A stretch of 64,000 nucleotides of DNA, from assembly GCF_030028105.1 (NCBI RefSeq), contig NC_092377.1:99516865-99580864 (forward strand), given 5' to 3'. This document shows positions 52,370-64,000 of this stretch, piece after piece. The notes under the pieces are model-generated. The model was not told where the DNA came from, searched no databases, and saw only the letters and a list, made by a program, of their open reading frames with translations. Within the stretch, counting starts at the first letter, position 1. Every line of letters begins with the position of its first letter. This stretch comes from Mobula birostris. Its lineage: Eukaryota. Both the position numbers and the translations under genes were made by a program.

Positions 52370-53420
52370 ACATTTAGATAATGTGCGTTATTGCCTATTT
52401 TCCTGCAAAAGTGTACAATCTCACTTCCTCTCACAATGTCTCTCTACAGCCTCCTTACCCCATCTTCACAACTGAACGTTCCCATCTCTCTCCATGTCCC
52501 CAGTAAGTTCAGTATTCACGGTGAGCTTTCATTTTCCTGATACCCTGTGAAGGAGCAGCTTATCAAATGGACATCTTAGTTCAGGACAACCACTGTTTCC
52601 TTTATCCGCAGCTTGTGTTCCCACTCCAAAGATTCGAATGTAATCGTGAAACATGGAATCACCTTCACAAAACCCTGTCCACTTCGCCTGATTGTTTTGG
52701 AAATGTGCATTTATTCTCCCTGTTGTTACAGCTTCAAGCGTTTTCTGGGACAGGTGATAAACTGTAGAAAGGTGACCAGAATTCGCACAATACTCTGAAT
52801 TTGGCCTCATCAAGTTCAAGTTAACATCCCGACTCCCGTACCCAATGTTTTGATTTATGAAGGCCAGTGTGCCCAGAGTTCTCTTTACACGTGACTCCAC
52901 TTTCAAGGAATAATCTGTCTGCCTTCCCGGATCACACTGCAAGCTACAATACCCTTCCTCGCTATTCACTACACACACAATCTTGCTGTCATCTGCAAAC
53001 GTGCTGATCCGTTTTACCACATTATCATCCAGATCCTTGATATAGATGACAGACAAACATTGATCCCTGCTTTAGAGGGGATATGATTTTGGATATAGAA
53101 AATCATGTGGGGTAGAGTTTGGGTAGGTTGCAGAGAGCTTCCCCCATATCAGAAGTGGATAGATATGCTGCACAGGGTGGGGTGAGGAGGTCCTGTTCAC
53201 CCAGACAGTGTTGAGTACCTGGAGTACACTGCCAGAGAGGATGGTGAAAGTGGAGTCACGGGTGGTATTTCAGAAATGTCTCATCAAACACGAAGCTTAG
53301 AAAAATAGAGGGCTATGGGTAACCCTCTATTCTAAAATAAGTACATGTTAGGCACAGCATCATGGGCCGAAGGGCCTGAACTGTGCTGTAGGTTTTCTAT
53401 GCTCACATGTTTTCTATGTT
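52370..53420. mobile_element. Old CR1 fragments (minus then plus)
   Basis: DLDDNVVKRISTFADDSKI; CR1 tail near 53350-53420. Confidence 0.75.
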
Positions 53421-53928
53421 CAAACCGTTGAATTACCAAGGCTACAGGCCAAGTATCGGAATATGGATGAGTTCCCAATGGCTGGTAGAGAGATGATGGG
53501 CCAAATGACCTGTGATAGTGCTGTAACATTCTGTTAAAGTGAGAATCAACAAACCCCTACTACTAGAATCATTAAACCAGGTCAATACGATAATTGTATT
53601 CACCATCTGTCCCCATTGAACTTTCTTTTCCCTCACTTTCCAAATTTTGACCTGAAATCTTCCTTCTCTTCCTCTTTCCATAGGTGCTTCCTGAGCTGCT
53701 GAAGATATCCAGCATTATCTGCTTTAGTTTCAAATATCACCCGTTTTGTCATTTAAAACTAATTAAATCAAACATGCTCTGAAAAAGAAATCAACCTTGC
53801 TGAATTAAACTTGCTTTATTTTTCGACATTTTCGACTTCTTCTCTCTTTCAAAACACAGATGATTGGAATTATTGTCCTTTCTGTCCCAGTGCCAAATTC
53901 TTTTTTCCCTTTCCCATCTAGAGATTTA

Positions 53929-56855
53929 CATAGAAACATACATAGAAAATAGGTGCAGGAGTAAGCCATTCGGCCCTTCGAGCCTGCACCACCATTTATT
54001 ATGATCATGGCTGATCATCCAACTCAGAACCCCGCCCCAGCCTTCCCTCCATACCCCCTGATCCCTTTAGCCACAAGGGCCGTATCTAACTCCCTCTTAA
54101 ATATAGCCAATGAACTGGCCTCAACTGTTTCCTGTGGCAGAGAATTCCACAGATTCACCACTCTCTGTGTGAAGAAGTTTTTCCTAATCTCGGTCCTAAA
54201 AGGCTTCCCCTCTATCCTCAAACTGTGGCCCCTCGTTCTGGACTTCCCCAACATCGGGAACAATCTTCCTGCATCTAGCCTGTCCAATCCCTTTAGGATC
54301 TTATACGTTTCAATCAGATCCCCCCTCAATCTCCTAAATTCCAACGAGTACAAGCTCAGTTCATCCAGTCTTTCTTCATATGAAAGTCCTGCCATCCCAG
54401 GAATCAATCTGGTGAACCTTCTTTGTAATCCCTCTATGGCAAGGATGTCTTTCCTCAGATTAGGGGACCAAAACTGCACACAATACTCCAGGTGTGGTTT
54501 CACCAAGGCCTTGTACAACTGCAGTAGTACCTCCCTGCTCCTGTACTCAAATCCTCTCGCTATAAATGCCAGCATACCATTCGCCTTTTTCACCGCCTGC
54601 TGTACCTGCATGCCCACTTTCAATGACTGGTGTATAATGACACCCAGGTCTCGTTGCACCTCCCCTTTTCCTAATCGGCCACCATTCAGATAATAATCTG
54701 TTTTCCTATTTTTGCCACCAAAGTGGATAACTTCACATTTATCCACATTAAATTGCATCTGCCATGAATTTGCCCACTCACCCAACCTATCCAAGTCACC
54801 CTGCATCCTCTTAGCATCCTCCTCACAGCTAACACTGCCACCCAGCTTCGTGTCATCCGCAAACTTGGAGATGCTGCATTTAATTCCCTCATCCAAGTCA
54901 TTAATATATATTGTAAACAGCTGAGGTCCCAGCACTGAGCCTTGCGGTACCCCACTAGTCACCGCCTGCCATTCTGAAAAGGTCCCGTTTATTCCCACTC
55001 TTTGCTTCCTGTCTGCTAACCAACTCTCCACCCACACCAATACCTTACCCGCAATACCATGTGCTTTAAGTTTGCACACTAATCTCCTGTGTGGGACCTT
55101 GTCAAAAGCCTTCTGAAAATCCAAATATACCACATCCACTGGTTCTCCCCTATCCACTCTACTAGTTACATCCTCAAAAAATTCTATGAGATTCGTCAGA
55201 CATGATTTTCCTTTCACAAATCCATGCTGACTTTGTCCGATCATTTCACCGCTTTCCAAATGTGCTGTTATCACATCCTTGATAACTGACTCCAGCAGTT
55301 TCCCCACCACCGACGTTAGGCTAACCGGTCTATAATTCCCCGGTTTCTCTCTCCCTCCTTTTTTAAAAAGTGGAGTTACATTAGCCACCCTCCAATCCTC
55401 AGGAACTAGTCCAGAATCTAACGAGTTTTGAAAAATTATCACTAATGCATCCACTATTTCTTGGGCTACTTCCTTAAGCACCCTGAGATGCAGACCATCT
55501 GGCCCTGGGGATTTATCTGCCTTCAATCCCTTCAATTTACCTAACACCACTTCCCTACTAACATGTATTTCGCTCAGTTCCTCCATCTCACTGGACCCTC
55601 TGTCCCCTACTATTTCTGGAAGATTATTTATGTCCTCCTTAGTGAAGACAGACCCAAAGTAATTATTCAATTGGTCTGCCATGTCCTTGCTCCCCATAAT
55701 CAATTCACCTGTTTCTGTCTGCAGGGGACCTACATATGTCTTTACCAGTCTTTTCCTTTTCACATATCAATAAAAGCTTTTACAGTCTGCTTTTATGTTT
55801 CCTGCCAGTTTTCTCTCATAATCTTTTTTCCCCTTCCTAATTAAGCCCTTTGTCCTCCTCTGCTGAACTCTGAATTTCTCCCAGTCCTCAGGTGATCCAC
55901 ATTCTCTGGCTAATTTGTATGCTTCTTCTTTGGAATTGATACTATCCCTAATTTCTCTTGTCAGCCACGGGTGCACTACCTTCCTTGATTTATTCTTTTG
56001 CCAAACTGGGATGAACAATTGTTGTAGTTCATCCATGCAACCTTCAAATGCTTGCCATTGCATATCCACCATCAATCCTTTAAGTGTCATTTGCCAGTCT
56101 ATCTTAGCTAATTCACGTCTCATACCTTCAAAGTTACCCCTCTTTAAGTTCAGAACCTTTGTTTCTGAATTAACTATGTCACTCTCCATCTTAATGAAGA
56201 ATTCCACCATATTATGGTCACTCTTACCCAAGGGGCCTCTCACGACAAGATCGCTAATTAACCCTTCCTCATTGCTCAAAACCCAGTCCAGAATAGCCTG
56301 CACTCCAGTTGGTTCCTCCACATGTTGGTTCAAAAAACCATCCCGCATACATTCCAAGAAATCCTCTTCCTCAGCACCTTTACCAATTTGGTTCACCCAA
56401 TCTACATGTAGATTGAAGTCACCCATTATAACTGCTGTTCCTTTATTGCACACATTTCTAATTTCCTGTTTAATACCATCTCCGACCTCACTACTACTGT
56501 TAGGTGGCCTGTACACAACTCCCACCAGCGTCTTCTGCCCCTTAGTGTTACGCAGCTCTACCCATATCGATTCCACATCTTCCTGGCTTATGTCCTTCCT
56601 TTCTATTGCGTTAATCTCTTCTTTAACCAGCAACACCACCCCACCTCCCCTTCCTTCATGTCTATCCCTCCTGAATATTGAATATCCCTGAACGTTGAGC
56701 TCCCATCCCTGGTCACCCTGGAGCCATGTCTCTGTGATCCCAACTATATCATAATCATTAATAACAATCTGCACTTTCAATTCATCCACCTTATTACAAA
56801 TGCTCCTTGCATTGACACACAAAGCCTTCAGGCGCTCTTTTACAACTCTCTTAGT
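53929..56855 (-). mobile_element. Young CR1 with nearly complete ORF2
   Basis: APE (55767-56870) and RT (54024-55763) are in frame, separated by one TGA; TTTCTATG repeat tail at 53929-53948. Confidence 0.95.
54024..55763 (-). CDS. CR1 reverse transcriptase domain (579-aa open segment)
   Basis: NYRPVSLTS, YLDFQKAFDKV, GVPQGSVLGP, FADDTK; an upstream in-frame stop makes expression doubtful. Confidence 0.6.
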   Translation of the reverse strand: MKRKRLVKTYVGPLQTETGELIMGSKDMADQLNNYFGSVFTKEDINNLPEIVGDRGSSEMEELSEIHVSREVVLGKLKGLKADKSPGPDGLHLRVLKEVAQEIVDALVIIFQNSLDSGLVPEDWRVANVTPLFKKGGREKPGNYRPVSLTSVVGKLLESVIKDVITAHLESGEMIGQSQHGFVKGKSCLTNLIEFFEDVTSRVDRGEPVDVVYLDFQKAFDKVPHRRLVCKLKAHGIAGKVLVWVESWLADRKQRVGINGTFSEWQAVTSGVPQGSVLGPQLFTIYINDLDEGIKCSISKFADDTKLGGSVSCEEDAKRMQGDLDRLGEWANSWQMQFNVDKCEVIHFGGKNRKTDYYLNGGRLGKGEVQRDLGVIIHQSLKVGMQVQQAVKKANGMLAFIARGFEYRSREVLLQLYKALVKPHLEYCVQFWSPNLRKDILAIEGLQRRFTRLIPGMAGLSYEERLDELSLYSLEFRRLRGDLIETYKILKGLDRLDAGRLFPMLGKSRTRGHSLRIEGKPFRTEIRKNFFTQRVVNLWNSLPQETVEASSLAIFKRELDTALVAKGIRGYGGKAGAGF

Positions 56856-57852
56856 CCTAAATAATTCCAAAATATTCCCAAGAAGCCCCTGTGTAAAGTG
56901 ACTGTCTACATTAGCTCTCTGATTGACAGTTCATTCTGCCCTGACCCCCGGTCTGTGGACAGGGTGTCATGTGATGTGAGGTCACTTCCTGAGACGAATT
57001 GTGTGTGATCTCACTGACCGACGTTCCTGTGGCAACGGGATTGTATTGCCCAAGTAGTTTAGTTTGGGATGGGGGTGGAGGTGAGGCTTTACTCTGGGTG
57101 GGGCGGAGGCAGCTGAACTGAAGTGGGGTTGGTCTGTACATGCTGCGATTTTGAAGAATGAGATGTGATATAATTGACTTCTGGAGTTTGCTGATTAATG
57201 TTGAAAGACGGATAAGACAGCAAATGGATCAGGTGAGCTGCTCCTTGCTCTCTGCCATTATCAAGCAGATGTACGAGCGGACAGTAGGGTCTGGTGGGAT
57301 GAGTGTTTCTCCACAGTGGGCATAATCTCTTCCCGCCTGCCACCATGGGAACGGTGAATGTCTGTCAGTGCCTTACTGCACCAGTTCCAAAGTGCAGGTT
57401 TTCCATTCTCATCCTCGGGCTCACATCCCTCCTTGGTCCTCAGCCTCTCACTCTCCCTGTAACATCTTCACATCCTGACAAACTCTCACAGTTCTGCTGT
57501 CCTCCCTCTGTGGCCTCTTCTGCCTCTATATATCCGTACCCTTTTCAGATCGGAGACCTGTGACAGTGGTGTGCTACAGGGATCCGTGCCTGGTCCCATG
57601 TTGTTTGTCATGGGTGTGTATGCTGATAAATAAATTTACTTTTTTGATGAAGTAGGTTGGAGGCCTGTGACCAGTGGTACTGCTGGAGAAGGTGCTGTGT
57701 ATTTTGTTTGTCGAATATATTGACAATTTGTATGAGAATATATTTGGCATCTTTACTAAGTTTGCAGTTGATACCAAAACTGATGGTATTCTGAAGTGAA
57801 GAAGGTTGTTCATGTTACAATGGGGACATAGAACAACTACGAAATTGGGCCA

Positions 57853-57943
57853 CACATCAAAGTTGCTCGTGAACGCAGCAGGCCAGGCAGCAACTTTGAT
57901 GTGTGTTGCTTGAATTTCCAGCATCTGCAGAATTCCTGTTGTT
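57853..57943. mobile_element. Miniature fold-back Penelope insertion in an old CR1, 15-bp TSD
   Basis: TACGAAATTGGGCCA at 57838-57852 and 57944-57958; arms CACATCAAAGTTGCT / AGCAACTTTGATGTG. Confidence 0.9.
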
Positions 57944-58108
57944 TACGAAATTGGGCCAGATGGTTAGACTACACTTGGGGTATGGTCAGAGTCTTTTCCC
58001 CTCAGTGGAGGGAAAACTATATGTAAAGGGCATAAATATGTTGTGAGAGGATAAAGGTTTTAAGGGACCTGTGGGGCAACATTGTATCTGTCGGGGGTGG
58101 GAGCGTTC

Positions 58109-59706
58109 TGTCACAATGGCGGGGCATTGGGAGCAAGGGTGGACCCAAATGCAAGACACATCTTGTGAGGTTACTTAGATTTAGTTTATTGTTCAATACC
58201 AGGAGAACTAGGCAGGAGCAGGAGTGGCGAACTGGACAAGGACTCAGGACTACGACTAGGCTGGGACTAAGGGTCTGGGCTAGGACTCGGAATCGGCTCC
58301 CAGAACTAGAGGAGACATGAAGAGGCTAGGGTATGGACTTCGAGCCCGAGACTGGGCAAGGACCCAGTACCTGGGTCTTGCCTCGGGCTCGGACCCCAGA
58401 ACCAGGCATGGACATGACATGGGCTAGGGAGAGGAGGAACATGGGAACACAGAGCCTCAGTCTCGGGAGAGCAGGTACATGGAACCATGGACACATACAC
58501 AGAACACAGAGTCGGGACCCCTCCTTGGGTACAGGACGTAGGGCCGGGACTTGCACACAGAACAAAGAGCTGGGACCCCTCCTTGGGTACAGGACATAGG
58601 GCCGGGACTCATGATCCTCCGTGGGGCAATGGCAAGATGGCCTGACTTACCCCACGGAGGCGAGGACAAGACATGACCCCCCGCGGGGCAATGGCAAGAT
58701 GGCCTTACTTACTCCACGGAGGTGAAGACAGGACAAGACAAGACATGACTCCCCGCGGGGCAACGGTAAGATGGCCAGACTTATCCCGCGGAGGCGAGGA
58801 CAAGACAAGACAAGACCAACACGAATGAACACCAGACAGTACCTATCTAGCTCCGGTGATGGAACTAGACCGAAGTGCAGGCGGGGGCTGCAGATGAGGG
58901 CTAGAGGCAAGAGGGGCAGAGAAAGGATTACAGAGAAGGGTGTAGGACAGGAATCACAGACCTCCAGGGCCAGGACTTGACATGGGACTTGAACGCCGCC
59001 AGGGCCAGGACGTGGACGTGGTACTTGAACACCGCCAGGGCCAGGACGTGGACGTGGTACTTGGACGCCGCCGGAGCCAGGACGTGGACGTGGTACTTGG
59101 ATGCCGCCGGAGTGAGGACGTGGAAGTGGTAGTTGGATACCACCGGAGCCAGGATGTGGACATGGTACTTGGACGCCGCCGGAGCCAGGACGTGGACGTG
59201 GTACTTGGACGCCGCCGGAGCCAGGACGTGGACGTGGTACTTGGATGCCGCCGGAGCCAGGACGTGGACGTGGACATGGTACTTGGATGCTACCGGAGCC
59301 AAGACGTGGTGCTTGGAACCTCCAGGTAGCGGTGAGCCCTAGACTCAGCCCGGGAACAGTAGACAGCGGCTCTTGATTCTCTCCGGCGGGTTAACTGGCT
59401 GACCCACCTCGATGAGGAAACTTTGTAGGCTCGCTCGGGTAAGGAAAGGCGAATTACCGACACTCACTATGGGCGGAGACAAGGCTTGCTCCAGCCAGGT
59501 AACATTGGCACGCCATGACTTTGCAGACTTTGCGGATGCTCCCGCACCGAACAGCTGAAAGCTGGAGACTATAAACTACCAGTTCAGCCGAGTGTTAATT
59601 GCCTCCAATCACCAAAGTCGAGGGACACGGGAAAACAGGGAATCAACGGTCTGGATCGTAACATAAACAAGCTAAATTTAAAGGGACCCCGATCCGGACC
59701 ATGACA
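58109..59706 (-). mobile_element. Long LTR-like element with internal repeats
   Basis: TGTCAC...ATGACA termini; homologous to 43444-44393. Confidence 0.75.
58968..59320. repeat. 36-bp minisatellite, about 9-10 units
   Basis: Unit GCCAGGACGTGGACGTGGTACTTGGACGCCGCCGGA. Confidence 0.95.
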
Positions 59707-61987
59707 GTATCAGAGGGATAGGAAGGTAAGCAGAGGGGGTGGTGTGGTTCTGCTAGAAAAGAATGGCATCAAATCATTAGAAATATGTGACATAGGATTT
59801 GAATTAAGAAAATAAGGGTAAAAGAACCCTGATGGCAGGGTCCATACTGCTGCTGGGATGTGGACTGCAGATTACTATGGCAAATAAAATAGGCATGTCA
59901 AAAGGGCAATGTTATGATAGTCATGTCAGATTTGAACATGCAGATGGGTTGGGAAAATCAGGTTGGTAATGAATCTCAAGAGAGTGAATTTGTTGAATGC
60001 CTATGAGATGGCTTTTTAGAGCAGTTTATCATTGAGCCTACTAGGGGATCAGCTAAACTGATTTGGGTGTTATGTAATAAGCCAGAGGCAGTTAGGGAAT
60101 TTAAGGTAAATGAACCATTAGGAGACAGTGATCACAGTATGATTGCATTCAGTTTGAAATTTGAAAGGGAAAAAGTAAAGTCTGACGTAGCAGTATTTCA
60201 GTGGAGTAAAGGAAATTATAGTGGTACGGGAGAGGAAATAGGAAGGAGATGCTGGCAGGGGTGACAGAAGAGCAGCAATGCCTTAAGTTTCTGGAAAAAA
60301 TGAGGAAATGGCAGGATAGATGTATCCCAAAACAAAGAAATGCTGACATGGTAGGATAGTACAACTATGGCTGACAAGGGAAGTTGAAGCTAATGTAAAT
60401 GCAAAGGAGAGAGCATACAACAAAGCAAAAATTAGCAGGAAGATAGAGGATTGGGACGCTTTTAAAAACCTTCAGAAAGCAACTAAAAGAATCATTGGGG
60501 GGTAAAGATAAAATATCAAAGCAAGTCAGCAAACAATATCAAGGTGGATAAAAAAAAAGCTTTTCAGGTATATAAAAAAATAAGATAGATGAGAGTGGAT
60601 ACTATTACAAGGGAGAAGGTGCTCAAAAAGCTGGAAGACTTAAAGGTACACAAGTTACCCAGATCAGATGGATTGTTCTCTAGGGTTCTGAAAGAGGTAA
60701 CAGTAGAGATTATGCAGGCATTAGTAATGATCTTTCAAGAATCATTCGACTCTGGCATGGCTCCAGGGGACTGGAAAATTGCAAATTTCACTCCACTCTT
60801 TAAGAAATGAAGGAGGCAACAGAAAGGAAATTATAAAGCAATTAGCCTTAGCTCAGTGGTCGGGAAGACATTGGAGATGATGTTATGCAGTACTTGGTGA
60901 CACAGGACAAGATAGGACAAAGTCAGCATGGTTCCCTAAAGGGAAAACCATGCCTAATGCACCTGTAGGAATTCTTTGAGGAGATTACAAGTAGGATAGA
61001 GAAAGGAGATGCAGTGGATATTATATATTTGGATTTTCAGAAGGCCTTTGACGAGGTACCACACATAAGAATGCTTACCAAGTTAAGAGCCCATAATATT
61101 ACAGGGAAGTTACTAACATTGGTAGGAGGCAATGAGTAGGAATAAAAGGATTCTTTTCCGGTTGGCTGCCAGTGACCAGTGATGTTCCGCAGGGGTCGGT
61201 GTTTGGAACACTTTTTATGCTGTATATCAATGATTTAGGTAGCTTTGTTGCCAAGTTTGCAGATGACACAAAGATTGGTGGAGGGGCAGGTAGTGTTGAG
61301 GAAACAGGAAGGCTTCAGAAGGACTTAGACAGATTAGGAGAATGGGCAAGAAAGTGCCAAATGAAATTCAATGTTGGAAAATGCATGGTCAGGCACATTG
61401 GTAGTAGAAATAAATGTGCAGACTATCATCTAAACAGGAAGAAAATCCAACAATCTGAGGTGCAAAGGGACTTGGGAGTTCTTGTGCGGAACACCCTAAA
61501 GGTTAAGTTACAGGTCGAGGCAGTGGCGAGGAAGGCAAATGTAATGTTAGCATTCATTTCAAGAGGTCTAGAATACAAGAGCAGTGATGTGATGCTGAGG
61601 CTTTATAAGGCACCACTGAGCCCTCACCTTGAGTATTGTGAGCAGTTTGGGCTCCTCATCTGGGAAAAGATGTGCTGGCATTGGAGAGGTTCACAAGGAT
61701 GATTCCAGGAATGGAAGAGTTATCATATGAAGAATGTTTGATGGCTCTGGGCCTGTACTCACTGAAATTCAGAAGGATGAAGAGGGATCTCATTGGAACT
61801 TTGAATGTTGAAAGACCTAGACAAAGTAGATGTGGAAATGATGTTTCCCATGACAGGGGAGTCTAGGACAAGAGGACACAGCCTCAGGATAGATGGGCAT
61901 CCATTTAAAACACTGATACAGAGTAGGAACACACATCAAAGTTGCTGGTGAACGCAGCAGGCCAGGCAGCATCTGTAGGAAGAGGTG

Positions 61988-62025
61988 CAGTCGACGTTTC
62001 AGGCCGAGACCCTTCGTCAGGACAA
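61988..62025 (-). ncRNA. Minimal hammerhead ribozyme motif, intact core
   Basis: Minus strand TGTC-CTGACGA-AGGgtctcggCCT-GAAA-CGTC^GACTG; helix I has one mismatch. Confidence 0.75.
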
Positions 62026-63477
62026 ACTGAAGGAAGAGTGAGTAAGGGATTTGAAAGTTGGAGGGGGAGGGGGAGATCCAAAATGATAGGAGAAGACAGG
62101 AGGGTGAGGGATAGAGCCAAGAGCTGGACAGGTGATAGGCAAAAGGGGATATGAGAGGATCATGGGACAGGAGGTCCGGGAAGAAAGACGGAGGAGGGAC
62201 CCAGAGGATGGGCAAGAGGTATATTCAGAGGGACAGAGGGAGAAAAAGGAGAGTGAGAGAAAGAATGTGTGCATAAAAATAAGTAACAGATGGGGTACAA
62301 GGGGGAGGTGGGGCCTTAGCGGAAGTTAGAGAAGTCGATATTCATGCCATCAGGTTGGAGGCTACCCAGACGGAATATAAGGTGTTGTTCCTCCAACCTG
62401 AGTGTGGCTTCATCTTTACAGTAGAGGAGGCCGTGGATAGACATGTCAGAATGGGAATGGGATGTGGAATTAAAATGTGTGGCCACTGGGAGATCCTGCT
62501 TTCTCTGGCGGACAGAGTGTAGATGTTCAGCAAAGCAGTCTCCCAGTCTGCGTCGAGTCTCGCCAATATATAAAAGGCCACATCGGGAGCACCGGACGCA
62601 GTATATCACCCCAGTCGACTCACAGGTGAAGTGTTGCCTCACCTGGAAGGACTGTTTGGGGCCCTGAATGGTGGTAAGGGAGGAAGTGTAAGGGCATGTG
62701 TAGCACTTGTTCCGCTTACACGGATAAGTGCCAGGAGGGAGATGGGGGGGGACGAATGGACAAGGGAGTTGCATAGGGAGCGATCCCTGCAGAATGCAGA
62801 GAGAGGGGGGGAGGGAAAGATGTGTTTAGTGGTGGGATCCCGTTGGAGGTGGCGGAAGTTACGGAGAATAATATGTTGGACCCGGAGGCTGGTGGGGTGG
62901 TAGGTGAGGACCAGGGGAACCCCATTCCTAGTGGGGTGGTGGGAGGATGGAGTGAGAGCAGAGGTACGTGAAATGGGGGAGATGCGTTTAAGAGCAGAGT
63001 TGATAGTGGAGGAAGGGAAGCCCCTTTCATTAAAAAAGGAAGACATCTCTCTCGTCCTAGAATGAAAAGCCTCATCCTGAGAGCAGCCACACTCAGGTTG
63101 GAGGAACAACACCTTGTATTCCATCTGGGTAGCCTCCAACCTGATGGCATGAACATCAACTTCTCTAACTTCCGCTAAGGCCCCACCTCCCCCTCGTACC
63201 CCATCTGTTACTTATTTTTATGCACACATTCTTTCTCTCACTCTCCTTTTTCTCCCTCTGTCCCTCTGAATATACCTCTTGCCCATCCTCTGGGTCCCCC
63301 CCCCCACCTCCTTGTCTTTCTTCCCGGACCTCCTGTCCCATGATCCTCTCGTATCCCCTTTTGCCTATCACCTGTCCAGCTCTTGGCTCTATCCCTCACC
63401 CTCCTGTCTTCTCCTATCATTTTGGATCTCCCCCTCCCCCTCCAACTTTCAAATCCCTTACTCACTCTTCCTTCAGT

Positions 63478-63515
63478 TAGTCCTGTCGAAGGGTCTCGGC
63501 CTGAAACGTCGACTG
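63478..63515 (+). ncRNA. Hammerhead motif with a core mutation
   Basis: CTGTCGA instead of CTGACGA (A6U at 63486). Confidence 0.65.
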
Positions 63516-64000
63516 CACCTCTTCCTACAGATGCTGCCTGGCCTGCTGCGTTCACCAGCAACTTTGATGTGTGTTACTTGAATTTCCAGCATCTGCAGAA
63601 TTCCTGTTGTTTGAGTGATACAGAGAAATTTGTTTAGCCAAAGAGTAGTGAATTTGTGGAATTTGATACCACAAGCAGCTGTGGAGGCCAGCTCGTAGGA
63701 TGTATTTAAAGCTGAGATCGATAGGTTCTTGATTGGCCATTGAATCAAAGGTTATGGATTGAAGGCCAAGAAGTGGGGCTGAGGAGGGAGGAAACAAAGG
63801 ATCAGCCATGATTAAATGGCGGAGTAGACAAGAAGGGGCAAATGGCCTAATTCTGCCCTTGTGTCTCATGGTCTAACATGTCACACAGAAGGATATGTGG
63901 AGAAAGCTGTAGAGGTAGACATATTTACAATATGTAAAATACATCTGGACAGGTACATGGATAGGAAAGATCTGGAGTGCAGTGATCCAAATGAATGCAA

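Larger units (their letters stand above)
61924..63615. mobile_element. Penelope insertion with inverted arms and 10-bp TSD
   Basis: Minus arm 61928-63088 (CKRNKCYTC linker, GIY-YIG VIYCVRC..LYIGET, suggesting Neptune type); plus arm 63085-63612; TGATACAGAG at 61914-61923 and 63616-63625. Confidence 0.93.
59707..63870 (+). mobile_element. Old CR1 ORF2 remnant split by Penelope
   Basis: EPLGDSDHSMI, VPQGSV, KFADDTKIGG; sequence resumes at 63616. Confidence 0.88.

Noticed and set aside
58968-59320. 36-bp repeats resembling a CRISPR array or a repeat protein ([12 protein letters not shown])n
   Set aside because: Units are head-to-tail with no unique spacers and no cas genes; frames stay open only because 36 is a multiple of 3.

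Overview
Eukaryotic DNA, most likely from a cartilaginous fish; this is inferred from the repeat content (shark/ray-type Penelope, CR1, V-SINE). It holds a dispersed replication-dependent histone locus: H2A, H4, H2B, H3 (partly in a gap) and a second, convergent H4, each with a 3' stem-loop and HDE. There is also an H2B pseudogene and a dead H2A promoter. Two C2H2 zinc-finger pseudogenes lie at the left. Most of the rest is nested transposon debris: L1, CR1, Rex1/Babar, RTE, Penelope, Gypsy, BEL/Pao, solo LTRs and a Chapaev-like DNA transposon. Main observations: (i) four of the five histone genes (H2A, H2B and both H4 copies) are followed by a gene-less histone-promoter-like module pointing back at them, and two of these modules have a 13-G run where the TATA box should be; (ii) the Penelope family carries minimal, probably dimer-dependent hammerhead ribozymes and forms fold-back insertions with TSDs; (iii) the two H4 copies encode the same protein but differ by deletions in cis-elements. 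All alignments and coordinates were read by eye, and TE boundaries are approximate.
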